A stretch of DNA of 64,000 nt from Leucoraja erinacea (Eukaryota): NCBI RefSeq assembly GCF_028641065.1, contig NC_073391.1, forward strand, positions 45,880,001 through 45,944,000. The letters are read 5' to 3'. This document shows, piece by piece, positions 36,415 through 48,401 of the stretch (position 1 is the stretch's first letter; each line of letters begins with the position of its first letter). The notes beneath the pieces are model-generated. The model ran no database searches, was not told the DNA's origin, and saw only the letters and a list, made by a program, of their open reading frames with translations. A program made the translations under genes and the position numbers.

Positions 36415-36770
36415 ATCCATCAGGAATCCGTCAGGAGGAAACCGTTTCCCAGTCACTTACCTGGTCGAGATGAGTCTTTTCTTTCCGTACCGACGCCAGC
36501 GCTCTGATCATCCCGGCGAGAGGGCCTGAACATCGGGCCACCGTAGCGGCGACTGCGGAGGGCTCAAAGGCCCCGACCACGGATGAACAGAGAAGAAGTG
36601 GACTGAACATTATTGCCTTTCCTCACAGTGGGAAACGTTGATTCTGCTGAGTGGAGATGTTGATATTAGATCCTATCGTGTGTTGTGTTCTTTTCATTCG
36701 TTTGGCTGTTTGGTAACTCAAATCTCACCGTACCAATTGGTGCACGTGATAACCAATGTAACTTGAACTT
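36415..36770 (+). mobile_element. Non-autonomous retroposon inserted in a fossil finger
   Basis: Splits CACAT/TAGGGAGAGG seen intact in paralogs; CACAGTG core; AACTTG tail. Confidence 0.6.
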
Positions 36771-37177
36771 TAGGGAGAGGGCATTCACCTGTTTCATGTG
36801 TGGGAGGGGTTTCACTTCATTATCTGAGGTAATGGCACACCAGCTCGTTCACACTCGGAGAAGGTTGAAATAAGATTTTGGTTCTGTGTTTATCGTCTCT
36901 CGTAAGTCTATACGCGACTGCATTTTTATGATTGTGGTTAAAACTGATGTTCATCACAACCAGCACTAATTTGTTGTTTGTTCTTATGTTGTTAGTACTT
37001 CATAAAACCAGGCTGGACTTTAATATATTATGTATGTGACAAATAAAGTTCTGTTGTAAAACCTATGTGACTCTCTCTGCATACAATATACCTAGGTTGG
37101 CCTTTTGTCACATCTGGGGTCACTGCCAGTCTCTCTCTTCTGTTGACTAATTTTGAATGTTCTTGTCAGTCTTGTCA

Positions 37178-37530
37178 GGGGGTTGGACAGGCTAGATGCA
37201 GGAAGATTGTTCCCGATGTTTGGGAAGTCCAGAACAAGGGGTCACAGTTTAAGGATAAGGGGGAAATCTTTTAGGACCGAGATGAGGAAAACATTTTTTA
37301 CACAGAGAGTGGTGAATCTCTGGAATTCTCTGCCACAGAAGGTAGTTGAGGCCAGTTCATAGGCTATATTTAAGAGGGAGTTAGATGTGGTCCTTATGGC
37401 TAAAGGGATCAGGGGGTATGGAGAGAAGGCAGGTACAGGATACTGAGTTGGATGATCAGCCATGATCATATTGAATGGCGGTGCAGGCTCGAAGGGCCGA
37501 ATGGCCTACTCCTGCACCTATTTTCTATGT
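37178..37530 (+). mobile_element. CR1 3' fragment
   Basis: GLDRLDAGRLFP..FFTQRVVNLWNSLP. Confidence 0.85.
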
Positions 37531-37669
37531 CTTTTACCTGTTTATTCCGGAAGGATAAAACAGTTAATGGATCATAAGTCGGAATTTCGACATGTAAATG
37601 TAATGATGTTCACAACTAAACGACCACTTCGGTTGCGAGAGGTTACTGTTCTCCACATGCAAGGACAAA

Positions 37670-38130
37670 GTGGTTGTTTTCCATTTGGGGAACGCTGAGC
37701 AGGTGATTTCAGATCATGTCCATGGCGCTCGATTTACCCAGAAGCCTCCGCGCACCAGAACTCGCCCTATGTTGCAGCCGATACCAAGCCAAGATCGCTA
37801 TAGGACCAAGCGCGGAGATCCCAGGAAGTGGTGCTGCCAAGGCGCGCATGCGGTCCGTGGACGCAAGACTCCGGAGGATCGGCGGCGGGTAGGAGCGGGG
37901 ATCCGGGCGCGGGATCAGTCAGCACCGAGGCCCGGCCTGAGGAGCGGCCCCCGGCTGCGGGGAGAATCGGTGCGGCCCTCGGGGACACGGTGGCCCGTCA
38001 CCTGGGGACGGTGCGGCCATGGGTAACACACCGGAGATTTACTACCAGAGCGCGTTTGGAAGCGTAAACATGGATTCCCTGCCCCCTAGATAGTCTGGTC
38101 AGTAGATACAGGGAACTGCGGGTGCGGCTT
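37670..38130 (+). promoter_or_regulatory. CpG promoter / exon 1 of gene J
   Basis: Cluster promoter repeat; donor GT at 37889. Confidence 0.75.
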
Positions 38131-38584
38131 CACAAAAACCGACACAAACTGCTGGAGTAACGCAGCCGGTCAGAAAAAAATCCTGACTCGAAAGATTCTC
38201 GCACGTTTACACGACCACACACACACACTCACTAGGGACATTTATTGTACGTTTCCACCAAGCCAATTAACCGACAAACCTGTACGTCTTTGATGTGTGG
38301 GAAGAAACCCTTCGTCGGGGTTCCTTGGATGTGAACGTATTCATTCATTCATTCATGGTAGCAACTCTACCGCTGTAAGGCAGTAGCTCTGCCGCTGCAT
38401 CACCGTGGTTTGATATAATACATTTAATACAAAGGAAGTGCAGATACAAGTTTATTCCAAAGATTGACGCAACTTATTGGGCCGGGCAGCAGGTTTCGTG
38501 TTGGGTTTCTTCTCCGGACTGATTATGGTGGGGGGACAGTGCCGGCCCACCCCCCTCTCCCTCCGGTCAATTAAGGGGTTGGCA

Positions 38585-38770
38585 GCAGCTGGCGCATGCG
38601 CATCGATTGCACCGTGATGAATAGACCTGTTTCTGGCTTGCGAGGGGATTGTGGGTAAAAGGGTGGCCATGGGTAACACACCCAGCGCTTTGCTGCTGAA
38701 CCGCAGAGCGTGTTTGGAAACGCGAGCATGGGTCCCTGCCCACCAAGGAGTCTGATCAGTAGATGCAAGA
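38585..38770 (-). promoter_or_regulatory. Inverted intronic promoter-like module of gene J
   Basis: GCGCATGCGCA plus TTACCCACAATCCCCTCGC on the minus strand. Confidence 0.55.
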
Positions 38771-39415
38771 AAAAAAAAAAAGGAGTCTGATCAGTAGATG
38801 CAAGAAACTATGTGTGCTGGTTTATAAACATAGTCACACAGTGCTACAGGAACGCTTCCCATCAAATGAAGGGCCATGAATCACCGATCCATGTTCCACT
38901 CAATTATTTTTGAAGAAGGGTTTCGGGCCCGAAACGTTGCCTAGTTCCTTCGCTCCATAGAGGCTGCTGCACCCGCTGAGTTTCTCCAGCACTTTTGTCT
39001 TCCTTCGATTTTCCAGCATCTGCAGTTCCTTCTTAAACAAAATTTCAGGACTGGGCCAGTTTATTTTCAACCTCGCTGTCACAATTTTATGTCACAGCTC
39101 ACCATTAAGATTAAAACTACCTGGCCTTTGCTACCAGTCTGAAGAAGGGTCTCGACCCGACGCGAAACGTTGCCTATTTCCTTCGCTCCGTAGATGCTGC
39201 CTCACCCTCTGAATTTCTCCAGCATTTTTGTTTACCTTCATCTGAAACGCTGATCTTTACCTGTTAATTTAGTGTAAAACTTTTTTTACAGGATAGAACA
39301 AGCAGAGGATATTGATGCTCGGGAATCACAAACTCCTTCAGTTAACCAGCACCTGAACGCGTGGGAGGGATTCACTGTGTCAGCTGAGCCGATGAGGCAC
39401 CATAAATTCCGCAGC

Positions 39416-40612
39416 ATGGAGACATTATTCACTAGCTCTGAGAGTGAGCTGGGATTCACTCAATCTTCCCACCAGCAAGATCACGCTGTGGAGAAACCAT
39501 TTCCCTGTCCCGATTGTGGGAAGGGATTCACTCAAGCAAACAACCTGAAGAGACACCAAAAGCAAATTCACGCTGAAGAGAAACTATTTACCTGTCCTGA
39601 TTGTGGGAAGCGATTCTCTCAGGCCGGTAACCTGAAGAGACACCAGAGAATTCACACAGGGGAGAAGCCATTCACCTGTTCTGTGTGTGGGAAGGGATTT
39701 ACTGCATCATCTGGGCTACAGACACACCAGCGGATTCACACTGGGGAGAGGCCGTTCACCTGTTCTGAGTGTGGGAAGGGATTTGTTCAATTGGCAAACC
39801 TCAGGACACACCATCAAATTCACACCGGGGTGAGACCGTTCATCTGCTCTGAGTGTGGGAAAGGATTTATGCAGTCATCTCACCTTCAGTCACACCTACG
39901 GATTCACACTGGAGAGAGGCCGTTCACTTGTTCTGAGTGTGGGAAGGGATTTATTGACGCATCTGCGGTACAGAGACACCAGCAGATGCCCAGCGGGAAG
40001 AGGCCGTTCACCTGCTCTGAGTGTGGGAAGGGATTTATGCAGTCATCTCACCTGCAGTCACACCAGCGGATTCACACCGGGGAGAGGCCGTTCCCTTGTT
40101 CTGTGTGCGGGAAAGTATTTATAGATACATCTCGGCTACAATTACACCAGCGAACTCACACTGGGGAGAGGCCGTTCGCCTGTTCTGTGTGCGGGAAAGG
40201 ATTCACTGGGTTGAACTGCCTGAAAAGACATGAGCGAGTTCACACCGGGGAGAGACCGTTCACTTGTTTTGTGTGTGAGAAGGGATTTATGGATGCATCT
40301 CAGCTCAAATCACACCTGCGGACTCACACGGGAGAGAAGCCGTTCACTTGTTCTGTGTGTGACAAGGGGTTTGGTAAATTACATGGGCTACAAATACACC
40401 AGCGAATACACACTGGGGAGAGGCCGTACACTTGTTCTGTCTGTGGGAAGGGGTTTACTAACTTAGCTGCGTTACAAACACACCAAAGAATTCTCACTGG
40501 AGAGAGGCCGTACACCTGCTCTGAGTGTGGGAAGGGATTCACTCAGTCTTCCCACCTGAAGACCCACCAGCGAGTTCACGCTCCCTCTCAACTATGGGCA
40601 GGTTTGCATTGA
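39416..40612 (+). CDS. C2H2 ZNF gene J, 13 finger units (11 intact)
   Basis: Intact ORF; exon start 39292; extra in-frame ATG at 39392; C-terminus altered by a deletion. Confidence 0.85.
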   Translation: METLFTSSESELGFTQSSHQQDHAVEKPFPCPDCGKGFTQANNLKRHQKQIHAEEKLFTCPDCGKRFSQAGNLKRHQRIHTGEKPFTCSVCGKGFTASSGLQTHQRIHTGERPFTCSECGKGFVQLANLRTHHQIHTGVRPFICSECGKGFMQSSHLQSHLRIHTGERPFTCSECGKGFIDASAVQRHQQMPSGKRPFTCSECGKGFMQSSHLQSHQRIHTGERPFPCSVCGKVFIDTSRLQLHQRTHTGERPFACSVCGKGFTGLNCLKRHERVHTGERPFTCFVCEKGFMDASQLKSHLRTHTGEKPFTCSVCDKGFGKLHGLQIHQRIHTGERPYTCSVCGKGFTNLAALQTHQRILTGERPYTCSECGKGFTQSSHLKTHQRVHAPSQLWAGLH

Positions 40613-40613
40613 T

Positions 40614-40804
40614 ACATAGAAAATAGGTGCCGGAGTAGGCCAGTCGGCCGTTCGAGCCTGCACCGCCATTCAATATGATCATGTGGCCCTTTAGCCACAA
40701 GGGCTACATCTAACTCCCTCTTAAATATAGCCAATGAACTGGCCTCAACTACCATCTGTGGCAGAGAGTTCCAGAGATTCACCACTCTCTGTGTGAAAAA
40801 TGTT
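40614..40804 (-). mobile_element. CR1 3' fragment just after the stop of gene J
   Basis: CR1 tail sequence; TTGAT duplication. Confidence 0.8.
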
Positions 40805-41459
40805 TGATGACCTGGTGGCCAAGCAGCAAATTCATACTGAGTAGAGGCCGTCCACCTGTTCTGTGTGTGGGAAGAGATTTGCTCAGTCTTCCAACCTGGT
40901 GACCCCCATGAGTGAGTTTACACTGAGGGGAGCTGTGGGAGAGATAATCATCACAGTTGCTGAATCTGGTCGCAAGTCCACAAGTGTCTGCTGGTGTTGG
41001 AGTCTAGTTTCTGCTGCTGCTCATCACATCGAATGTATTTTATTATTTTTGTCACGTGCACTGAAAAGCTTTTGCATGGGGTGAAGCCTCGCGGGCACTG
41101 GCAGTCGTGGATGGGCCACATGGGAGCCAGAGGACGAGCTGTTGCGAATAAAAGGGGGGGGGGTGCAGAACAAAGGAGGACCGCTGTGAGGGGTGAGGGA
41201 GAGAATAAAGGAGGGCCCTTCGGTAGGCAAGCAAAGCGTTTAACTGTGACTTGTCACATGTGACAATAAAGCATTCATTCATTTAAGGGAAAGACAATAC
41301 ATGATGACAATAGCTATTGTCATTGCTGTATCTGAGTTGGATTTAATATTCTGGGTCTGTGATAAATAAATGAGTTTGATTGTAAACCCAGTGTCTCAGG
41401 TCCTTGTCTCTGCAACACACTCGATGCATGTGGATAGGCCATTCAGCCCAGCTGTTCCC

Positions 41460-41660
41460 TGCCAGGTGGCGCATGCGCATCGATCGCACGGTGACGGATA
41501 GACCGGTTTCTGACTCGTGGGGGGTTGTGGGTAAAGAGGCGGCCATGTCCAACACACCTGCGATGTGCTGCAGATTCGCAGAGTGTGTTTGTGACCGCAA
41601 GCATGGATTTCCCGCCCCAAGAGTGTGTGATCGGAAGATACCAGCAATTACAGGAGCACG
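41460..41660 (-). promoter_or_regulatory. Promoter-like module downstream of J, facing back into its 3' end
   Basis: Paralog of 30198-30400. Confidence 0.5.
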
Positions 41661-42079
41661 GTCATCTAACTGGCACTCTGGCATTGCCATCGTCCAGTTC
41701 ATCACCATCAATCCCCTGGGGGTGGGCCTTTAAAGAAGAATATCCACTGGACTGGCCACGGATATACTCATAGTGGGAACGTGGGACTTGCTCGACAGGC
41801 GAGGCTACCCTCACAGTGATGGAGTAAAAACCTGGGCCAAATCACAGGAAGATGACTGGCAGAGACGGCCCACTGTGGCGCAGGGTAAAATAAAGTTGCT
41901 GTTGATTGTAGCCAGCCAGTTTGTTCCCCCAGCTTCCTGTCAGCCTCGCTGTCACAGAGTGATGCTACAGCTATCTGTCTGCCTGTCTGTCTGTCTTGCA
42001 GGACTCAGTGTACTTGGATAGCAACAATTTTGCGAGCAGGGCTGCAAGCACAGGGAAGACTGTAAGCACAGGGAAGACA

Positions 42080-42570
42080 TTTTTCTCAAATTGAGTTTTT
42101 GTAAATTTAAAAATGTTAATAACCTGTGAAATATAACATCAATCTGAACAAAACCATACACAAACCACTACAGGACAATTGTGAGTAAGGTGGTGCACAA
42201 AATAGTAGCGCTATCGTGTACCACTTTGGTGTAGGTCCAGGATCACAATTACAGACACGCAGGCACAGAAACAAACAAGATGAGAGATTTAGTAATATGG
42301 ACCAAGTGGGACCCGTTGGGACCCTGGCGCACGGAGGCCTGGTCCCCCAATGCAACCCGTTGCCCAAGGTAACAATCCACCAGTCACCCATAGCCCCCAC
42401 GTGAAGCCAGGTCCCCCAATGCAACCCTTTCCTCAAGGCAATATTCCACCACTCACCTGTTTCCCCAACGTAACCCGTTCCCCCACCGCAATATTTCGCC
42501 TTATTCAACCTCCCTCATTTTTAAACTTTAAAGAAAAAATGCATTTGCACTTGCGACAGCCAGCAGGACT
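42080..42570 (-). mobile_element. Helitron-like element
   Basis: Reverse copy of the hairpin / TATTACTAAA..CTCTCATCTTG junction at 42276-42325. Confidence 0.5.
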
Positions 42571-42571
42571 C

Positions 42572-42930
42572 AGCTGAGCCGGTGATTTCAGATCATGTCC
42601 ATGGCGCCCTATTTACCCAGAAACCTCCACGCCCCAGAACTCACCCTATGTTGCAGTCGATACCAAACGCGCAGGCGCGGAGAGACCCGGAAGCGGTGCG
42701 GCCAAGACTCCGGAGGGTCGGCGGCGGGTAGGAGCGGGGATCCGGGCGCGGGATCAGGCAACACCGAGGCCCCGGCCTGAGGAGCGGCCCCCGGCTGCGG
42801 GGAGAATCGGTGCGGCCCTCGGGGACACGGTGGCCCGTCACCTGGGGACGGTGCGGTCATGGAAGCGTAAACATGGATTCCCTGCCCCCTGGACAGTCTG
42901 GTCAGTAGATACAGGGAACTGCGGGTGCGG
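42572..42930 (+). promoter_or_regulatory. CpG promoter / exon 1 of gene K, with internal deletion
   Basis: Cluster promoter repeat lacking the GCGCATGCGG..GACAA segment. Confidence 0.7.
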
Positions 42931-43162
42931 CTTCACAAAAAAAGGACACAAAGTGCTGGAGTAACGCAGCCGGTCAGAAAAAAAGACTCGAAAGATTCCC
43001 GCACGTTTACACGGCCCTACACACACTCACTAGGGACAATGACTGTACATTTACTCCAAGCCAATTTGTATTCTAAAGGTCATGTCTCTTAATAATTTAA
43101 AAACCCATAGCTCAAAGGAAATCACTTACCATATTATTTGTACACAAAATCCATTCTTCTCT

Positions 43163-43350
43163 GTGTTCAAGAAGGAACTGCAGATGCTGGAAATTCGAAG
43201 GTACACAAAAATGCTGGAGAAACTCAGCGGGTGCCGCAGCATCTATGGAGCGAAGGAAATAGGTGACGTTTCGGCCCGAAACGTCACCTATTTCCTTCGC
43301 TCCATAGATGCTGCTGCACCCGCTGAGTTTCTCCAGCATTTTTGTGTAAC
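43163..43350. mobile_element. Fold-back Penelope-end insertion
   Basis: About 73-bp inverted arms centred on 43275; 14-bp direct repeat ATCCATTCTTCTCT. Confidence 0.8.
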
Positions 43351-43393
43351 ATCCATTCTTCTCTCTCTTTGTTTACAGCAAAAATATCCATAG

Positions 43394-43670
43394 GATTTGA
43401 GAATTAAGGGACAGAAGTTTAGGGGGTAACATGAGGGGGAACGTCTTTACTCAGAGAGTGGTAGCTGTGTGGAATGAGCTTCCAGGGGAAGTGGTGGAGG
43501 CAGGTTCGATTTTATCATTTAAAAAATAAATTGGATAGGTATATGGACGGGAAAGGAATGGAGGGTTATGGTCTGAGTGCAGGTAGATGGGACTAGGTGA
43601 GCATATGTGTTCGGCATGGACTAGAAGGGCCGAGATGGCCTGTTTCCGTGCTGTGATTGTTATATGGTAA
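43394..43670 (+). mobile_element. CR1 3' fragment, second subfamily
   Basis: Homologous to 7149-7525. Confidence 0.85.
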
Positions 43671-44064
43671 TATAAGTGCCGGTCCCCTCATGTACCCGTG
43701 ATATATAGACCTTTTTCTGGCTTGTGGGGGGTTGTGGGTAAAAGGGCGGCCATGGATAACACCAGCGCTTTGCTGCTGAACCGCTGAGTGTATTTGAAAA
43801 TGCAAGCATGGGTTCCCTGCCTACGGGAGAGTCTGATCAGTAGATGCCAGAAACTACGGGTGCTTGTTTACAAAAATATTCATATAGTGTTATAGTAACG
43901 TTTCCGATCAGAAGAAAGGCCCTGAAACAAAGTATCACCTGTCCACGTTCCCGAGAGATGCTGCCTGAATTATTTCAGCACTGGGCCAATTTACTTTCAG
44001 CCTCGCTGCCACGGTTTTATGTCACAGCTCACCAGAAGACTAAAATTACCTTGTCTGAAACACT

Positions 44065-44665
44065 AAGGGAGATAAAAAATGCTGGAGAAACTCAGCGGGT
44101 GAGGCAGCATCTATGGAGTGAAGGACTAGGTGACATTTCGGGTCAAGTCCCTTTTCAGACTGATGTGGGCGGGAAGAAGAAAGGAAGAGACGGATGCAGT
44201 GGGCTGCGGGAGAGTTGGGAAGGGGAGGGGAAAGAGGGAGAAAGCAAGGACTACCTGAAATTGGAGAAGTCAATGTTCATACCGCTGGGGTGTAAACTAC
44301 CCAAGTGAAATATGAGGTGCTACTCCGCCAATTTACGGTGGGACTCATTCTGGCCATGGAGGAGGCCCAGGACAGAAAGGTCGGGGGGGGGGGGGGAGGG
44401 GGAGTTGAAGTGCTGAGCCAACGGGAGATCGGGTTGGTTATTGCATACCGAGCGGAGGTGTTGGGCGAAACGATCGGCAAGCCTACGCTTGGTCTCACCG
44501 CCGTAGAGCAGCTGACGCCTAGAGCAGTGGATGCAATAGATGAGGTTGGAGGAGGTGCAGGTGAACCTCTGCTGCACCTGGAAAGACTGCTTAGGTCCTT
44601 GGAATGAGTCAAGGGGGGAGGTAAAGCGACAAGTGTAGCATTTCCTGCGGTTGCAAGGGAAACAA
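44065..44665 (-). mobile_element. Penelope-like retroelement 3' part with GIY-YIG endonuclease remnant
   Basis: FTCTSSNLIYCIHC..LLYGGETKRRLADRFAQH..AQHFN followed by the terminal repeat seen across the window. Confidence 0.85.
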
Positions 44666-44856
44666 TAGACAATATGTGCAGGAGTCATCCAACTCAGTAT
44701 CCTGTACCTGCCTTCTCACCATACCCCCTGATCCCTTTAGCCACAAGGGCCACATCTAACGCGCTCTTAAATGTAGACAATGAACTGGCTTCAATTACCT
44801 TCTGGGGCAGAGAATTCCACAGATTCACCACTCTCTGTGTGAAAAATGTTTTTCTC
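44666..44856 (-). mobile_element. CR1 3' fragment
   Basis: CR1 tail sequence. Confidence 0.8.
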
Positions 44857-45028
44857 AAAACACTGATCTTTGCCTGTTAATTTAGTGTAAACCTTTTTTT
44901 ACAGGATAGAACAAGCAGAGGATATTGATGCTCGGGAATCTCAAACTCCTTCAGTTAACCAGCACCTGAACGCGTGGGAGGGATTCACTGTGTCAGCTGA
45001 GCCGACGAGGCACCATAAATTCCGCAGC

Positions 45029-46252
45029 ATGGAGACATTATTCACTAGCTCTGAGAGTGAGCTGGGATTCACTCAATCTTCCCACCAGCAAGATCACGCT
45101 GTGGAGAAACCATTTCCCTGTCCCGATTGTGGGAAGGGATTCACCCAAGCAAACAACCTGAAGAGACACCAAAAACAAGTTCACGCTGAGGAGAAACTAT
45201 TTCCCTGTCCTGATTGTGGGAAGGGATTCTCTCAAGTCTGCAACCTGAAGACGCACCAGAGAATTCACACGGGGGAGAAGCCCTTCATCTGTTCTGATTG
45301 TGGGAAGGGATTCACTGCATCATCTAGGCTACAGACACATCAGCTGATTCACATCAGGGAGAGGCCGTTCACCTGCTGTGAGTGTGAGAAGGGATTTATG
45401 CAGTCATCTCACCTGCTGTCCCACCAGCGGATTCACACTGGAGAGAGGCCGTTCACCTGCTCTGAGTGCGGGAAGGGGTTTGCTCAGGCCGGCAACCTGA
45501 AGAAACACCAGAGAATTCACTCAGGGGAGAAGCTCTTCGCATGTTCTGATTGTGGGAAGGGATTTACTGCATCATCTGGGCTGCAGAGACATCAGCTGAT
45601 TCATACCGGGGAGAGGCAATTCACCTGTTCTGAGTGTGGGAAGGGGTTTGTTCAACTGGCAGGCCTCAGGACACACTATCAAATTCACACCGGGGAGCGG
45701 CCATTCATCTGCTCTGAGTGTGGGAAGGCATTTACACAATTGTGTGGGCTGCAGAAACACAAGCGGATTCACACCAGGGAGAAGCCGTTCACCTGCTCCG
45801 AGTGTGGGAAGGGATTTATGCAGCCATCTCACCTGCAGTCACACCAGCGGATCCACACTGGAGAGAGGCCGTTTGCTTGTTCTGAGTGTGGAAAGGGATT
45901 TATTGATGTATCTGGCATGCAGAGACACCAGCAGATACACAGCGGGGAGAGGCCGTTCATCTGCTCTGTGTGTGGGAAGGGATTTGTACAGCCATCTCAC
46001 CTACACTCACACCAACAGATTCACACTGGGGAGAAGCCATTCACTTGTTCTGTGTGCGACAAGGGGTTTGGTAAATTATACGGGCTACAAGTACACCTGC
46101 GAATTCACACTGGGGAGAAGCCGTTCATTTGTTCAGTGTGTGGGAAGGGGTTTACTAACTTAGCTGCATTACAGAGGCATCACAGAATTCACACTGGAGG
46201 CCTGAAGCCTGCTCTGAGTGTGGGAAGAGATTCATTCAGTCTTCCCAGCTGA
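45029..46252 (+). CDS. C2H2 ZNF gene K, 13 fingers, last finger lost to a frameshift
   Basis: ORF from ATG 45029; linker deletion near 46197 shifts the frame. Confidence 0.8.
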   Translation: METLFTSSESELGFTQSSHQQDHAVEKPFPCPDCGKGFTQANNLKRHQKQVHAEEKLFPCPDCGKGFSQVCNLKTHQRIHTGEKPFICSDCGKGFTASSRLQTHQLIHIRERPFTCCECEKGFMQSSHLLSHQRIHTGERPFTCSECGKGFAQAGNLKKHQRIHSGEKLFACSDCGKGFTASSGLQRHQLIHTGERQFTCSECGKGFVQLAGLRTHYQIHTGERPFICSECGKAFTQLCGLQKHKRIHTREKPFTCSECGKGFMQPSHLQSHQRIHTGERPFACSECGKGFIDVSGMQRHQQIHSGERPFICSVCGKGFVQPSHLHSHQQIHTGEKPFTCSVCDKGFGKLYGLQVHLRIHTGEKPFICSVCGKGFTNLAALQRHHRIHTGGLKPALSVGRDSFSLPS

Positions 46253-47339
46253 AGACCCACCAGCGAGCTCACGCTGCGGGGAAACCATTTGCCTCTCCCA
46301 ACTGTGGGCAGGTCAACACTGATGATCTGGTGACCAACCAGCAAATTCACACTGAGTAGAGGCCGTTCACCTGTTCTGTGTGTGGGAAGGGATTCACTCA
46401 GTCTTCCGACCCAGTGACCTATGAGTGAGTTCACACTGGGGGGTTAACCATCGCAGTTGCTGAATCCGCTTGCTGTTGAACTAAGCTCTGCTCACAGTTG
46501 CTGAATCTGTTTGCAAGTCCACCAATGTCTGCTGGTGTTGGAGTCTGCGGTATCTGCTGCTACTCATCACATCTAGGACTGAATTCTGTTCACTGGACAT
46601 GGATGGGGGTTTGTGTTTGGGTGGAGATTGACTGAGAATTCACTCAGTCACCTGCGTTACTGGCACACCAGAGAATTTACGCCGGGGAGAGGCCGCTCAT
46701 CTGCTCTTCGTGTGAGAAGAGATTCACACAACTTGCTCAGCTAAAGGCCCAACAGCGAGTTCACGCTGTGTAGAAAACATTTGCCACTCCCAACTGGGGG
46801 TCGGGTTTCACTGGTAAATCTAACCTGGTGACCCACCAGAGAATTCACACTGGGGAGAGGGCATTCACCTGTTTCACACGCGGGAGGGGTTTCACTTGAT
46901 TGTCTGGCGTAATGGCACACCACCTTGTTCACACTCGGAGAAGGTTTAAATTAGATTTTGGTTCGGTGTTTAACATCTCTCATAAGTCCACAAGCGACTG
47001 CATTTTTATGACTGGTTAATCCTCATGTTCATCACAACCAGGGTTACATTTGGGGTTTGTTCTTATGTTGTTAGTACTTCATAAAACCAGGCTGGACTTT
47101 AATATCTTGGAAAAGTGACAAATAAAGTTCTGTTGTAAAACCTCTGTGACTCTCTATGCACACAATATACCTAGGTTGGCCTTTTGGCGCATCTGGTCAC
47201 TGCCAGTTTTTCCCCTCTGTTGACTACTTTGGAATGTTCCTGTTAGTCTTTTGCCTGTTTATTCCGGGAGGGTAAGATTGGTTCACAAGTCGGAATTTCG
47301 ACACATGTAAATGTAATGATGCTCACAAATGAACGACGG

Positions 47340-47730
47340 CACGCTGAGCCGGTGATTTCAGATCATGTCCATGGCGCCCTGTTTACCCAGAAACCCCCCG
47401 CTCCTCAGAACTCACCCTATGTTGCAGGCGATACCAAGCGCGCAGGCGCGGAGAGACCCCGGAAGTGGTACGGCCAAGGCGCGCATGCGGTCCGTGGACA
47501 AAAGACTCCGGAGGATCGGCGGCGGGTAGGAGCGGGGATCCGGGCGCGGGATCAGTCAGCACCGAGGCCCCGGCCTGAGGAGCGGCCCCCGGCTGCGGGG
47601 AGAATCGGTGCGGCCCCCGGGGACACGGTGGCCCGTCACCTGGGGACGGTGCGGCCATGGAAGCGTAAACATGGATTCCCTGCCCCCTGGACAGTCTGGT
47701 CAGTAGATACAGGGAACTGCGGGTGCGGCT
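47340..47730 (+). promoter_or_regulatory. CpG promoter / exon 1 of gene L
   Basis: SBS-like site, two NRF1-like motifs, CCGGAAGT, donor GT at 47526. Confidence 0.75.
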
Positions 47731-48401
47731 TCACAAAAACCGACACAAAGTGCTGGAGTAACGCAGCCGGTCAGAAGGAAATAATCCCAACTCGAAAGAT
47801 TTCCGCACGTTTACACGACCCCCACCCACACACACACACACACACACGGGACATTTACACCAAGCCAATTAATCTACAAACCTGTACGTCGTTGATGTGT
47901 GGGGAGAAACCCTTAGTCCCGGGTCGAACCCGAGTCTCCGGCGCTGCAAGCGGTATAAGGCAGCAACTTTGCCGCTGTAAGGCAGCTGCTCTACCGCTGC
48001 ACCACCGTGATTTTATATAATGCATGTAATATAAAGGAAGTGCAGATACACGTTTATTCCAACTCAGTGGGTCTGGAGCATGTTTCGAGTTGGGGGCCCT
48101 TCTCCAAACTGGTTGTGGTGCAGAGACAGTTGCCGGCCCGTCCCCCTCATCTGGTCAATGAAGGCCCTCGAGGCCAAAGATCATAGTGCGGAGCATGCGC
48201 ATCGATTGCACCACCATGGATAGACCTCTTTCTGGCTCGCGGGCGGTTGTGGGTAAAAACGCGGCCATGGGTAATATACCAGCGCTTTGCTGCTGAACGC
48301 TGAACGCAAGCATGGGTCCCAGCCCACCAAGGAGTCTGATCAGTAGATGCAAGAAACTACGGGTGCTGCTTTACAAAAATATTCACATAGTGTCACACAG
48401 T

